64,000 nucleotides of DNA from an uncultured bacterium (GCA_903894565.1 CAITQP010000004.1:9957-73956); one strand, 5' to 3'; counted from the stretch's first letter, positions 50,001-57,809 are shown. Made by a program: numbers and translations. Notes: generated by a model not told the origin, from the letters alone.

Positions 50001-50112
50001 TGAGGGCCCACTTGCTCCTATTCCGAATGAGTCGAGATGTCCTTTGAGTGTTGCTGTCGTACCGGAAACGGTTGCCGTCACTGTGTGTACTGTTGGCGGC
50101 ACAAGTGAACAC
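47089..50112 (-). CDS. C-terminal ~1000-aa part of giant surface protein: ~11 tandem Fn3-like ~95-aa repeats (same gene as 49782..52028, separated by a frameshift near 50004-50009)
   Basis: Repeated unit ACP.G.P.VTT..AT.IT.T.AT.NG.VTS.G.GATS...GF....G......G....F...++GLTC.T.Y.+.A.A.N..G...G....FTT. Confidence 0.6.
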   Translation of the reverse strand: MFTCAANSTHSDGNRFRYDSNTQRTSRLIRNRSKWALTSSSVSFNFGGATVASSTPTLTSLTNFSGTTTVACGTTYSYFATATNAGGGATTDLTPVSFTTPACPATAPTVITDPATAITTTTATINGHVTAFGTSATSITSRTLTSSSGGSGTTMTVIRTLPSAFSQDLVGLTCHTTYTFTASAVNDAGLTGTGSALSFTTSACPIGAPVVTTTSATSITTTSATINGNVTSMGTGATSITSRGFTGSFGVPITMTGTFGTGTFSSMITGLTCNTGYNFIATATNNASVSSSGGTISFVTAACPIGAPVVTTVAATAITTTTATLNANVTSLGLGATSITSRGFTTSFGAPITVSGTFGTGTFTANVSGLTCDSSYSYIAKITNNVALSASGASIVFRTAPCPAGAPLVTTNTATTISATSGVMNATVTALGTGALSVTPSFEYGTTTALGTTVAVGGPLWITTVPHTYLSVLYGLSCGTTYYYQAQVVNDASVSAVGSIQNFTTDACTGGPSVTTVSAASVTGTSVVLNGNLTSNGGDPSTVTFFQYDTSTAYTLSTSGVVTSVGAFHENISGLTCGTTYYFQADALNGSGPANGADLTFTTTACPVGSPSVTTNTATGITATGATLNGTVTSLGSGATSATRGFAGSFGTAVILTGLITLAPSPYSYNLTGLTCNTTYTFNATVTNNGSHSAAGSTLSFTTSACPIGLPVVATTSASAVGVATATLGGNLTSTGGASSTTVGFEYGTTTSYGSTISAGTMSTTGIFSSSVSSLACNTTYHYRAKATNTGGSANGGDTSFTTSACAPTVATTSASGVGQFSATIGGNLTSTGGASSTTVSFEYGLTTSYGSTVSAGTLSTTGTFTGSVSSLACNTTYHYRAKATNTGGSANGADALFTTVVCNPSVSTVSGALLSSSSALLKGNLISLGAGASSASVGFYYGRTTAYSSGSVNATVPGPTMTGTGTFTATVPIGAISCNTPWHLQAWARNASGVLVTGSDASFCSY

Positions 50113-51050
50113 GCGAGTGTTGTGAACGACATATCTGAACCAGTGCCCATTCCTGTTGTGTTCTGCGCGTACGCACGGAAGTGATATGAGGTCGCGCAGG
50201 AAAGACCAGTGATCGTAAGCGTATACGGACCCGTACTAAATGTACCCACTCCAGAATCAATTGCTGGATCAAGACCGATCGTCGTAAGTGTTGGTGTTGT
50301 GTTATAAGAAAAACCACGTGCAGAGGCACTCGATGCTCCGCCAAGCGACACAATCGTGCCGTTGAAAGTAGCACTCGTACTTCCTGGAGTCACGCTATCC
50401 GTCGTGACGAGTGGTGGCGTCAAACAAATAGACGTTGTGAATGTCATGTCCGCTCCGTTTGTAGTGCCGATGGAATTCGTCGCCCAGGCTCGATAATGAT
50501 AGAGCGTATTACATGTGAGGCTAGCTATGGTGGTATTCACAAATAAAGTTGGAACAGTGTATGGAGCGGACATTGTTACCGTAGATCCATATGCAGTTGT
50601 CGTTCCGTAATTGAATCCAGCAGTCGCGCTTGGTGCTCCACCGAGGTCGGTGAGATTCCCGGTGAGAGTAACTGTGCTCGTGGTAATACTAGTTGCGCTA
50701 ACGGTGAGAACTGTTGGAGAAACAGGTGGGCACGATGACGTCGTAAACGACATGTCTACACCGTGTGCAGACCCCATTGAATTTATAGCTGTTGCCTCGA
50801 AGTGATATCCAGTCGCACAAGTGAGTCCCGTAAGATTTGCAGTAAACGTGCCTGGAGATATTTGTATTCCGGCACTAGCGGTACTTCCGTAGAGACTAGA
50901 AGTACCCCATGAAAATCCAACACTATTAGAAACACCAGCACCCCCCGTATCAGTTATATTTCCAGTAATAGTTGCTGTTGTTTGAGTTATTGCACTGCTA
51001 CTCACCGTAAGCACGGTAGGTGGGACAACCGTATTTTCATAAATAAACTC
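47200..51050 (-). repeat. coding tandem repeat array (~285-nt period, ~15 copies) encoding Fn3-like domains; some adjacent copies are nearly identical
   Basis: Periodic protein repeats; plus-strand antisense ORFs recur with VVTTGAPIGHA-like motifs. Confidence 0.7.
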
Positions 51051-52028
51051 TCCATAATTAGCGGCCGCGTACTTTGTGCCAGTCGCATCTGATGCTGTTT
51101 TATACCAATTACCTATGCCAGCTCCTGTCTCAGCGGTCCAGTGCACCCCACGATCATGAGAAACATATATGTATGTTCCTGAGCTTCCTGCAATAAGAGT
51201 ATTCCCTGACGCATCAGAGGCAACGTCTACCCAATTATGCATCCCCGAAGAACCGCTGTAATCAGTCCAAGTTGCACCATAATTTGTCGACATCCAAATA
51301 TATCCGTATTGATCGGTAGCAGCCAAATACTGCCCTGTTGCGTCAGAGGCGATTCCCGCCCAACTACCACTCGCATGAATACCCGATGATGCAACAGTCC
51401 AGTGAGCACCGTAATCATTCGAGACAGAAATTCCACCTCCACTCCATGCACTCGCAGCTAAATATCTTCCGGTAGAATCGGAAACAATTTTTCTCCAACT
51501 ATTACCACCCGAGGATCCGATTCCATGTGCATCAGGAAAATCGGTCCAGGTTAGCCCCGCATCAGATGATGTCCAGATATATCCACGTTGATCTGTGGCG
51601 GCAAGATGTGATCCGTCAGAAGAAGAAGAAACTCCTCCCCAGTAAATAACACCGGAGGAGCAATTGTGAAGAGACCATGTTACGCCTGCGTCTGTTGAAA
51701 TAGAAATACAACCGGTTGATGTTTGAGAAACAGCAACGAGCTTACTTCCTGTTGAATCGGAGGCAACAGCATACCAGTCTGAAAAACCAGAAGAACCATA
51801 CCCGCGAGCATTCGGAAAATCAGTCCATGTCAGACCGGTATCTGCTGACACCCACACAAATCCTGAACCAACAGCCGCAAGATGGGTCCCATCAGAAGAA
51901 GAAACTATTGAGTTCCAAGTCCCAGCCCCTGAACTCCCTCCATGATTCGTCCACGCTGCAAACGTATGTGGAGTAGCGACGAAAAAAAAGATAGCCGCGA
52001 GAAATCCTATCAAAAGAAATTTTTTCAT
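49782..52028 (-). CDS. N-terminal part of giant surface protein: signal peptide, BNR/Asp-box beta-propeller (~6 SxDxGxTW motifs), then ≥4 Fn3-like repeats; the last ~74 aa of this ORF are out of frame
   Basis: Signal peptide MKKFLLIGFLAAIFFFVATPHTFA; Asp-boxes (SADTGLTWTD, STDAGVTWS, SSDAGLTWTD, SNDYGAHWT, STNYGATWTD, SHDRGVHWT). Confidence 0.65.
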   Translation of the reverse strand: MKKFLLIGFLAAIFFFVATPHTFAAWTNHGGSSGAGTWNSIVSSSDGTHLAAVGSGFVWVSADTGLTWTDFPNARGYGSSGFSDWYAVASDSTGSKLVAVSQTSTGCISISTDAGVTWSLHNCSSGVIYWGGVSSSSDGSHLAATDQRGYIWTSSDAGLTWTDFPDAHGIGSSGGNSWRKIVSDSTGRYLAASAWSGGGISVSNDYGAHWTVASSGIHASGSWAGIASDATGQYLAATDQYGYIWMSTNYGATWTDYSGSSGMHNWVDVASDASGNTLIAGSSGTYIYVSHDRGVHWTAETGAGIGNWYKTASDATGTKYAAANYGEFIYENTVVPPTVLTVSSSAITQTTATITGNITDTGGAGVSNSVGFSWGTSSLYGSTASAGIQISPGTFTANLTGLTCATGYHFEATAINSMGSAHGVDMSFTTSSCPPVSPTVLTVSATSITTSTVTLTGNLTDLGGAPSATAGFNYGTTTAYGSTVTMSAPYTVPTLFVNTTIASLTCNTLYHYRAWATNSIGTTNGADMTFTTSICLTPPLVTTDSVTPGSTSATFNGTIVSLGGASSASARGFSYNTTPTLTTIGLDPAIDSGVGTFSTGPYTLTITGLSCATSYHFRAYAQNTTGMGTGSDMSFTTLACSLVPPTVHTVTATVSGTTATLKGHLDSFGIGASGPSLHLRSHLISAVQLSLHQLQHSHRLPIFLVQQQSLVAPHIHILRQQQMQVGEQRLISPQSHSPHQPAQPPLQQ

Positions 52029-52034
52029 ATACTT

Positions 52035-52532
52035 TTATTTACGCAAGGCAGCGCAGGCTAAGGTGGTAAATTTTTGGGCCGCACCGAAGGTGCGGCCATT
52101 TGGATTTGTCGCAACAGTTCGGTAATAGTATGTCGTGTGGCACGTAAGCCCTGTCGCAGTAGCCGTTACCATCAAACCATCTGGAGACACTGTCCCCTTC
52201 ACTGTTTGTCCGTACGATGGGGTTGTGCCGTACATGAAGCTTGGTGTTGCAGCATTCGATTGATCGGTCGCAGAAATTTTGCCAGTAAACACAGCAGTCG
52301 TTCCTGTGATTTGTGATGGAGTAAGTGTCGTAGAGGCAGGAACACTTGGGGGTGTCTCCTTTACGACTGGTGCTTGAACCGTATTGATGACCTTTCCAGA
52401 GTTATCGAGACTATTCAAATGGAGGTACTTATACGTAAAGAAACCTGCAAGAACCAAAACAACCACAATAATAATAGCCTTGAGAGAATCGTTCTCCGGA
52501 TTGTTCCAAAAATTCATATTAAAATTGTACAA
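52035..52532 (-). CDS. small membrane-anchored protein with a single Fn3-like domain homologous to the repeats of the adjacent giant gene
   Basis: N-terminal TM (AIIIVVVLVLAGFFTY), then ...GLTCHTTYYYRTVATNPNGRTFGAAQKFTTLAC. Confidence 0.5.
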   Translation of the reverse strand: MYNFNMNFWNNPENDSLKAIIIVVVLVLAGFFTYKYLHLNSLDNSGKVINTVQAPVVKETPPSVPASTTLTPSQITGTTAVFTGKISATDQSNAATPSFMYGTTPSYGQTVKGTVSPDGLMVTATATGLTCHTTYYYRTVATNPNGRTFGAAQKFTTLACAALRK

Positions 52533-52559
52533 TGTTTGAAGCGAAATGCAATGCCTCTC

Positions 52560-52892
52560 CTACGGGTCAATGTCTGTTTTGACTCGAATAAAAACATCCT
52601 TACCGTCAGGTGTTTTTTCTTTTATATATTTGCGCTTCTTATTGATTTCAATTTTGCGCGTAAGCTCACTCTCGAGATCGTAGCCAAGCTGTTCGCACAT
52701 ACCGAGCAAAAAAATCGCGACATCGGCAATCTCTTCGGCTACTCCTGGCTGACTCTTACTGAATTTTGAAAATGCTTCTGAGAGCTCTTCATGCGCGCGA
52801 CAAAATTCAAATGCAATATCGGTCGTATTAAAACCTTTTTCGATTTTATTCTGCATCACCTCTTTCTGTAATTGTTTGAGATCTACTGACAT
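52560..52892 (-). CDS. MazG-like nucleotide pyrophosphohydrolase
   Basis: EExxE motifs (EELSEA, EEIADV) in a ~110-aa all-alpha protein. Confidence 0.65.
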   Translation of the reverse strand: MSVDLKQLQKEVMQNKIEKGFNTTDIAFEFCRAHEELSEAFSKFSKSQPGVAEEIADVAIFLLGMCEQLGYDLESELTRKIEINKKRKYIKEKTPDGKDVFIRVKTDIDP

Positions 52893-52898
52893 ATATAT

Positions 52899-53399
52899 TT
52901 ACTGATCTGTATAATTCTCGACTTCGTTACTGAGTATCACCAATTCCACGCAAGCGTCTTTAAAAATTTCTTTGGTACGCCCCGCTGCATGATAGTCCTT
53001 GGCACACACAACACGTGTAATACCCGCATTGATAATCACCTTTGCACAGTTGTAACACGGAACCATTTTGACATAAATTGTCGAGCCATCAATCGCAACA
53101 CCGAATCGTGCCGCGTTCGCAATAGCGTTCGTCTCTGAGTGTGTCGTGCGAATACAATGTCGCGACGTACTACCATCTTCATTCGTGACGGTGTGCATCT
53201 CATGCCCTACTTCATCACAGTGGGCGAGACCTCGAGGTGAACCAGCATAGCCTGTCGCAAGAATTCGTTTGTCCTTCGTAATCACACAACCAACATGACC
53301 GCGGTCACAGGTACCACGCGAGCCAACAAGGTCCGCCATTTGGAGGAAATATTCATCCCATGAAGGTCGAGCCTGTTTAGTTGGAATATTGTCTGACAT
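52899..53399 (-). CDS. dCMP deaminase (ComEB-like)
   Basis: HSETNAI (H[AS]E) and PCYNCAKVI (PCxxC) zinc-binding motifs. Confidence 0.8.
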   Translation of the reverse strand: MSDNIPTKQARPSWDEYFLQMADLVGSRGTCDRGHVGCVITKDKRILATGYAGSPRGLAHCDEVGHEMHTVTNEDGSTSRHCIRTTHSETNAIANAARFGVAIDGSTIYVKMVPCYNCAKVIINAGITRVVCAKDYHAAGRTKEIFKDACVELVILSNEVENYTDQ

Positions 53400-53420
53400 A
53401 CGATGAGTATACTCGCCGGA

Positions 53421-54125
53421 CTACTTTTTACCAATCTTACGGAACATTGGACCATACACGTCCTCTTCGATCGGAATGAGCAATTCTTTTTTGTTCACAC
53501 GATCAGTAAATTCGATTTCTGCGCCAGTAATAATCGCGAGCGGACGGCACTCTTTGCCCTCTCCCATCGGGAGCACTGCGGTCGTAGCAAGTGCGTCAGC
53601 AACGTCAGTACGTGTCATTGTGAGTTTGCGTCCAAAAATATCTGGTGTTCCGCGATAGTCACGAATTCCTTTGAATCCTGCGTAGCCGAGAGCAACACCG
53701 ACAACACCTGCACGAAGTGGGAGCAAGCGTGAATCAGTAATGAGTACCCCGAGCTCCTTCACACCGTAATGCTTCATAAGTTTCTTACGCATCTCACTTG
53801 CAGCTTTGTATGAATCTTTTGGAAGTAGCACAATTTTGCCGTCAGCGTTTGATTCATCCACACCAGCATTCGCCACGAGCATTCCATCTTTGATGGTGAG
53901 CCAGACATATTCAGTCTCGAGGGCGAATTCTGATTCCGAACGAATGAGCGCTTCCTTTTCTTTTTCTGTGCCGAGCTTCGCTGTTCGCCCCTCAGACAAT
54001 GCAACAATTTTTGATGTAATGACAATAACAGAACGCTCGGGAGCTCGTTTAATAAAACGAGTAACAAAGGCAAAAAGATCTTCATTTTCAGCAAATACTT
54101 TTGTGGTGATTGGTTTAATATTCAT
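53421..54125 (-). CDS. CofE-like (F420-0:gamma-glutamyl ligase family) protein
   Basis: LVANAGVDESNA motif, ~235 aa. Confidence 0.55.
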   Translation of the reverse strand: MNIKPITTKVFAENEDLFAFVTRFIKRAPERSVIVITSKIVALSEGRTAKLGTEKEKEALIRSESEFALETEYVWLTIKDGMLVANAGVDESNADGKIVLLPKDSYKAASEMRKKLMKHYGVKELGVLITDSRLLPLRAGVVGVALGYAGFKGIRDYRGTPDIFGRKLTMTRTDVADALATTAVLPMGEGKECRPLAIITGAEIEFTDRVNKKELLIPIEEDVYGPMFRKIGKK

Positions 54126-54129
54126 ACTA

Positions 54130-54660
54130 TTATTTATTACGAACGTATCGAAGCACTATCGTACCATGAGGATTCAATTTTTTCACGGAAACAAGTTTAA
54201 ACTGTGTCCGAAGTTTCCCTTCGGCGAACAATTGTTTCCCTCCTCCAAGAATGACCGGTTCGATGGTAAGGTGCAATTCATCAAACAATCCGAGATCAAG
54301 CATAGTCCGATATGCTTCCGATCCTCCAACAATAGCGACCATTTTATGCTCTGCGCAAAGTGTGCCAATGTCCGTGTGTCGTGGATTGAGAAACGTTACT
54401 GATCCTGTGACTTTTGGTTTTATGACTTTGCTCGTTAGGACGTATGCGACACGTTTGTCGATGTGATCTTGAGCTACACGATAGGTCCGAGAACCGGCGA
54501 CGACCGCGCTCGCTTTCGCGAGCGCGGTCTGAAAGTACTTCCAATCTTCTCCACTCGTCCAATCAGGCATGCGCGAAGTATCGGTGGAAATATACCCATC
54601 AATACTCACAGCGGCATACGCAACGTATCGAGTTCTAGGCTGTCGTTTTTGATGTGTCAT
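54130..54660 (-). CDS. RibD C-terminal domain / DHFR-like reductase
   Basis: YAAVSIDGYIS...DELHLTIEPVILGGGKQLF pattern of the RibD_C family; start placed at MTHQKRQ. Confidence 0.6.
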   Translation of the reverse strand: MTHQKRQPRTRYVAYAAVSIDGYISTDTSRMPDWTSGEDWKYFQTALAKASAVVAGSRTYRVAQDHIDKRVAYVLTSKVIKPKVTGSVTFLNPRHTDIGTLCAEHKMVAIVGGSEAYRTMLDLGLFDELHLTIEPVILGGGKQLFAEGKLRTQFKLVSVKKLNPHGTIVLRYVRNK

Positions 54661-55291
54661 TGTCACGAAGAAGTTTGATTCCGAGATACGAAAGTGGTGT
54701 ATATGCAACGCCCATTAATACTTTGTAAATCCACCACGGAATAATCATCAATATGAGTTTGTGGTTTGAATAAATTCCTGCAAATGCGACAACAGTAAAA
54801 ATAACCGTATCAAACAATTGTGACCAAATATTTGAAAGATTTGATCGCAGCCAAAAATACTTGCTCCCTTGTCGCGCCTTGAAGAAAAAGAATGCGAGCA
54901 CGTCTTGGTATTCTCCGATTGCGAATGCGAGTACTGAGGCGATTGAGATACGAATTGAGACACTATAGAGCGTATTGTACGCATCGTGCGCCCACATACT
55001 CGCGACAGACCACGGCATAAGCATGGAAATAATATTGAACACCATGAATGAGAGCACAGCAAAAAACCCCGCAAAGACGAATTGTCGCGCGAGTTTTTTA
55101 CCATATACTTCTCCGATGATATCGGTCATCAAGAACACAAATGGAAAATAAAAAACAGACACTGATAGGTGCGTCCCAAAAAGAAACGGCATGGTTTTGA
55201 TACCAAGCGTATTTGAGGCAATGAGCGCTGTGATATAGAGCACGAGACACACGAATACTTTCTTCTGATCACGAGGAGCGAGTTGTTCCAT
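54635..55291 (-). CDS. YhhQ/VUT-family (queuosine-precursor-type) transporter
   Basis: Six TM helices with DUF165-type motifs (FPFVFLMTDIIGEVYGKKLARQ). Confidence 0.65.
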   Translation of the reverse strand: MEQLAPRDQKKVFVCLVLYITALIASNTLGIKTMPFLFGTHLSVSVFYFPFVFLMTDIIGEVYGKKLARQFVFAGFFAVLSFMVFNIISMLMPWSVASMWAHDAYNTLYSVSIRISIASVLAFAIGEYQDVLAFFFFKARQGSKYFWLRSNLSNIWSQLFDTVIFTVVAFAGIYSNHKLILMIIPWWIYKVLMGVAYTPLSYLGIKLLRDNDTSKTTA

Positions 55292-55315
55292 TATTATTGT
55301 TTTATATTATAAAAA

Positions 55316-55343
55316 TAAAAACCACCCTTTCGGGCGGTCTTTA
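55316..55343 (-). terminator. terminator hairpin 3' of rplK (accaccc-TTTC-gggcggt)
   Basis: Hairpin with a GNRA loop and flanking A/T runs. Confidence 0.55.
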
Positions 55344-55347
55344 TCGT

Positions 55348-55773
55348 TTAGCCTTTGATTTCGATACCAGCCTGGCGAGCACTTCCAGCAACGATTTTCA
55401 TCGCGCCTTCAATGTCCTTCGCATTGAGGTCCGGCATTTTCTTTTCGGCAATTTCTTTGAGCTGAGCTTTTGTGATACTTCCAGCTTTTGAAGTATTTGG
55501 TTTACCCGAACCCTTCTCGATGCCTGCCGCCTTAAAGAGGAGGCCTGCGACTGGAGGAGTCTTGATGAGGAAATCGTAACTACGATCCTCGTACACAGTA
55601 ATCACGACACCAACGGTGTCACCCATCATCTTTGAAGTTGCTGCATTGAACTTGGTAACGAAGTCACCGATGTTCACGCCAGCCTGACCGAGTGCAGGTC
55701 CAAGTGGTGGCGCTGGTGTTGCTCGTCCCGCTGGGATCTGAACTTTGACTTTCTTTGTAATTTTTTTCGCCAT
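55348..55773 (-). CDS. rplK: 50S ribosomal protein L11
   Basis: [22 protein letters not shown]. Confidence 0.95.
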   Translation of the reverse strand: MAKKITKKVKVQIPAGRATPAPPLGPALGQAGVNIGDFVTKFNAATSKMMGDTVGVVITVYEDRSYDFLIKTPPVAGLLFKAAGIEKGSGKPNTSKAGSITKAQLKEIAEKKMPDLNAKDIEGAMKIVAGSARQAGIEIKG

Positions 55774-55895
55774 AAATAGATTAGTGAGCTTATAACTAGA
55801 GAGGTTTTAGTAGAAGCCAAAAACACCGACTAGTTCCGATACATTACCAGAAAAGGGTGGTTTTGGCAATTGCCAACAGAACGAGCACAATTTCT

Positions 55896-56444
55896 TTACA
55901 TCTTCTTGATTTGGAGGAAGTCGAGCTCAACTGGAGTTTCGCGACCGAACATTGAAACGAGAACGCGGATTTTGCCACGGTCTTGGTCGACATCGTTGAC
56001 CTTACCTTCAAGGTCTTTGAATGGGCCATCAACGATTGAAACGAGATCTCCGACTGCAACGTCAATCGCATGCTTCGCGTTGTCGTTTGTTCCCATTGTC
56101 TTAAAGAGTGCGTCAACTTCTTTTTGGTTGAGAGGCACTGGGTTTACTCCGGCACCAACGAATCCTGTAACACGAGGAGTGTTGCGAACAACGTACCATG
56201 AATCGTCCGTCACAATCATATCAACAAGGACATATCCAGGGTAGACTTTTTCTTCTACTTCGACACGCTTCCCTGCCTTGATTTTGATCTTCTTCTCCAT
56301 TGGTACGATCACATTAAAAATGCGGTCTTGCATACCGAGAGATTCGATACGCTGTTTTAAGTTACGCGCAACTGCGTTTTCGTAGCCCGCGTATGTGTGA
56401 ATCGCGTACCAACTGCGTTCTGGGGTGATTTCTTGTTTTGCCAT
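55896..56444 (-). CDS. nusG: transcription antiterminator NusG
   Basis: N-terminal WYAIHTYAGYENAV (NGN), KOW domain (GDLVSIVDGPFKDLEGKV). Confidence 0.9.
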   Translation of the reverse strand: MAKQEITPERSWYAIHTYAGYENAVARNLKQRIESLGMQDRIFNVIVPMEKKIKIKAGKRVEVEEKVYPGYVLVDMIVTDDSWYVVRNTPRVTGFVGAGVNPVPLNQKEVDALFKTMGTNDNAKHAIDVAVGDLVSIVDGPFKDLEGKVNDVDQDRGKIRVLVSMFGRETPVELDFLQIKKM

Positions 56445-56492
56445 AGTTTTGAAAAAATAAGACTAGTAATGTGCCCGGAAACGAAAACGCTA

Positions 56493-56711
56493 TTAAAATC
56501 CGAGAAGCTTCGCGAGGCCAAGCTGGAAAAGCTTGTCGAATGCTCCAAGGAGGTAGGCTACAACGAGTGAAATAATGATAACTGCGGCCGAATATGCGAT
56601 AGCCTGACGTCGTGTTGGCCATGTAACATGTTTGAATTCAGCACGTGTTTCTTTGATATATGAAGTGATTCCCATAGTATTTGTTGGGCGAGAACGGAAT
56701 GTTCCAGCCAA
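56493..56711 (-). CDS. secE: preprotein translocase subunit SecE
   Basis: ETRAEFKHVTWPTRRQAIAYSAAVIIISLVVAYLLG. Confidence 0.85.
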   Translation of the reverse strand: MAGTFRSRPTNTMGITSYIKETRAEFKHVTWPTRRQAIAYSAAVIIISLVVAYLLGAFDKLFQLGLAKLLGF

Positions 56712-56769
56712 TTAAAAAAGCCCTGCGGGGCCTTCTATTGATAGAGTACCCTATTTTAAAGATGAAGTC

Positions 56770-56808
56770 AAAAGGGCGGGGGTGGCTTCGCCACCCCCGC
56801 CCTTTTCT
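56770..56808 (-). terminator. rho-independent terminator (aagggcgggggtgg-cttc-gccacccccgccctt)
   Basis: Perfect 14-bp GC-rich hairpin with T-rich flanks. Confidence 0.7.
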
Positions 56809-56820
56809 TTCCTAAACTCC

Positions 56821-57621
56821 TTATTGTATCTGGTACGTAATAGTTACGTTTGAAACATACTTATTCTGTCCGACAGGAAGTGTCGATGCGTCACTTGTAC
56901 TTCCGGTAGCCATATCTGCCTTTGCAAACATAGGCATTGCAGCTCCCCCGCTTTGACCTTCGTTAAAACGAACGATACGAACGAGAGTCACATCAAGATC
57001 TCGAGCAAGTACTCGTGCTTTTGATTCAGCATCTGCGATTGCTTTCTTTCGTGCTTCGGCATTCACTGCATCGGCATTATCAACAGTAAAGTCTGGACCA
57101 GAAAGTCCTGTCACACCGAGTGATCCGAGTCCATCAACAATAGTGCCAACCTTCGCTGTATCGCGAATTTTAACCGTGATTGTCTGAGTCACCGTATAGC
57201 CAACCAATTTAGGAGTGGTGTTTACAGAAGAACATCCTTTGTCGATACATGGAGTTGGATACGTATATTCAGGATATGCACTATAGTTTGTTGTTTGAAT
57301 ATCTTTTTCTTCAATTCCAGATGTTTTCAAATAGGAAACTGCACTATTCACTTTGGATGCAACAGTCGTCTGAGCATCATGAACAGTTGTTGATTTTTGC
57401 TGTACGGTAAAACTTTCTGAGGCGACATCAGGGATCGCGAATGAAGTGCCTGTTCCACTCACATCTATTGTACTCACGTTACTGACATCTTGGCTTCCGG
57501 TACTAAAAATTTTTGTCTCGTTTACAAACTTCATGCCCATATAAAGCACAGTGACGATACCAAGGAAAAGGATCACTTTGCCCATCTGACTTGCACTTTT
57601 TTTATCGAATAGCGTATTCAT
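56821..57621 (-). CDS. SIMPL/DUF541 domain periplasmic protein
   Basis: N-terminal TM helix; SIMPL-like segment LVGYTVTQTITVKIRDTAKVGTIVDGLGSLGVTGLSGPDFTVDNADAVNAEARKKAIADAESKA. Confidence 0.65.
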   Translation of the reverse strand: MNTLFDKKSASQMGKVILFLGIVTVLYMGMKFVNETKIFSTGSQDVSNVSTIDVSGTGTSFAIPDVASESFTVQQKSTTVHDAQTTVASKVNSAVSYLKTSGIEEKDIQTTNYSAYPEYTYPTPCIDKGCSSVNTTPKLVGYTVTQTITVKIRDTAKVGTIVDGLGSLGVTGLSGPDFTVDNADAVNAEARKKAIADAESKARVLARDLDVTLVRIVRFNEGQSGGAAMPMFAKADMATGSTSDASTLPVGQNKYVSNVTITYQIQ

Positions 57622-57624
57622 AGT

Positions 57625-57768
57625 TTATTTTTTTATGCTGGTAATAAATCCGTTCGTATCATCGTCGCCTCCTTCAGCAACTCGAGGGTGCATAAGTTCC
57701 CGCATTCCCCACACTATTGCGACAAGTGCGAGTACAAGAAATAATATTGTCCCAATTTTTTTTGCCAT
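57625..57768 (-). CDS. possible 47-aa small membrane protein (MAKKIGTILFLVLALVAIVWGM...)
   Basis: Manual translation; one TM helix; its stop lies 3 nt before the downstream gene's start codon. Confidence 0.3.
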   Translation of the reverse strand: MAKKIGTILFLVLALVAIVWGMRELMHPRVAEGGDDDTNGFITSIKK

Positions 57769-57776
57769 AGCTTGAA

Positions 57777-57803
57777 AGAGCGCGCGAGCGAAGCTCGCGC
57801 GCT
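57777..57803 (-). terminator. terminator hairpin (agcgcgcgagc-gaa-gctcgcgcgct)
   Basis: Perfect GC-rich hairpin 3' of the FKBP gene. Confidence 0.65.
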
Positions 57804-57809
57804 ACTTTA

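Noticed and set aside
47516-50047. Series of plus-strand ORFs (47516..47767, 47843..48040, 48080..48370, 48776..48982, 49001..49285, 49298..49591, 49655..50047) with recurring VVTTGAPIGHA-like peptides
   Set aside because: They are antisense shadows of the minus-strand Fn3-like tandem repeat array; their periodicity simply mirrors the coding repeats.
47200-51050. Regularly spaced DNA repeats that could superficially suggest a CRISPR array
   Set aside because: Period ~285 nt and continuous protein-coding frame; no short direct repeats with unique spacers and no cas genes.
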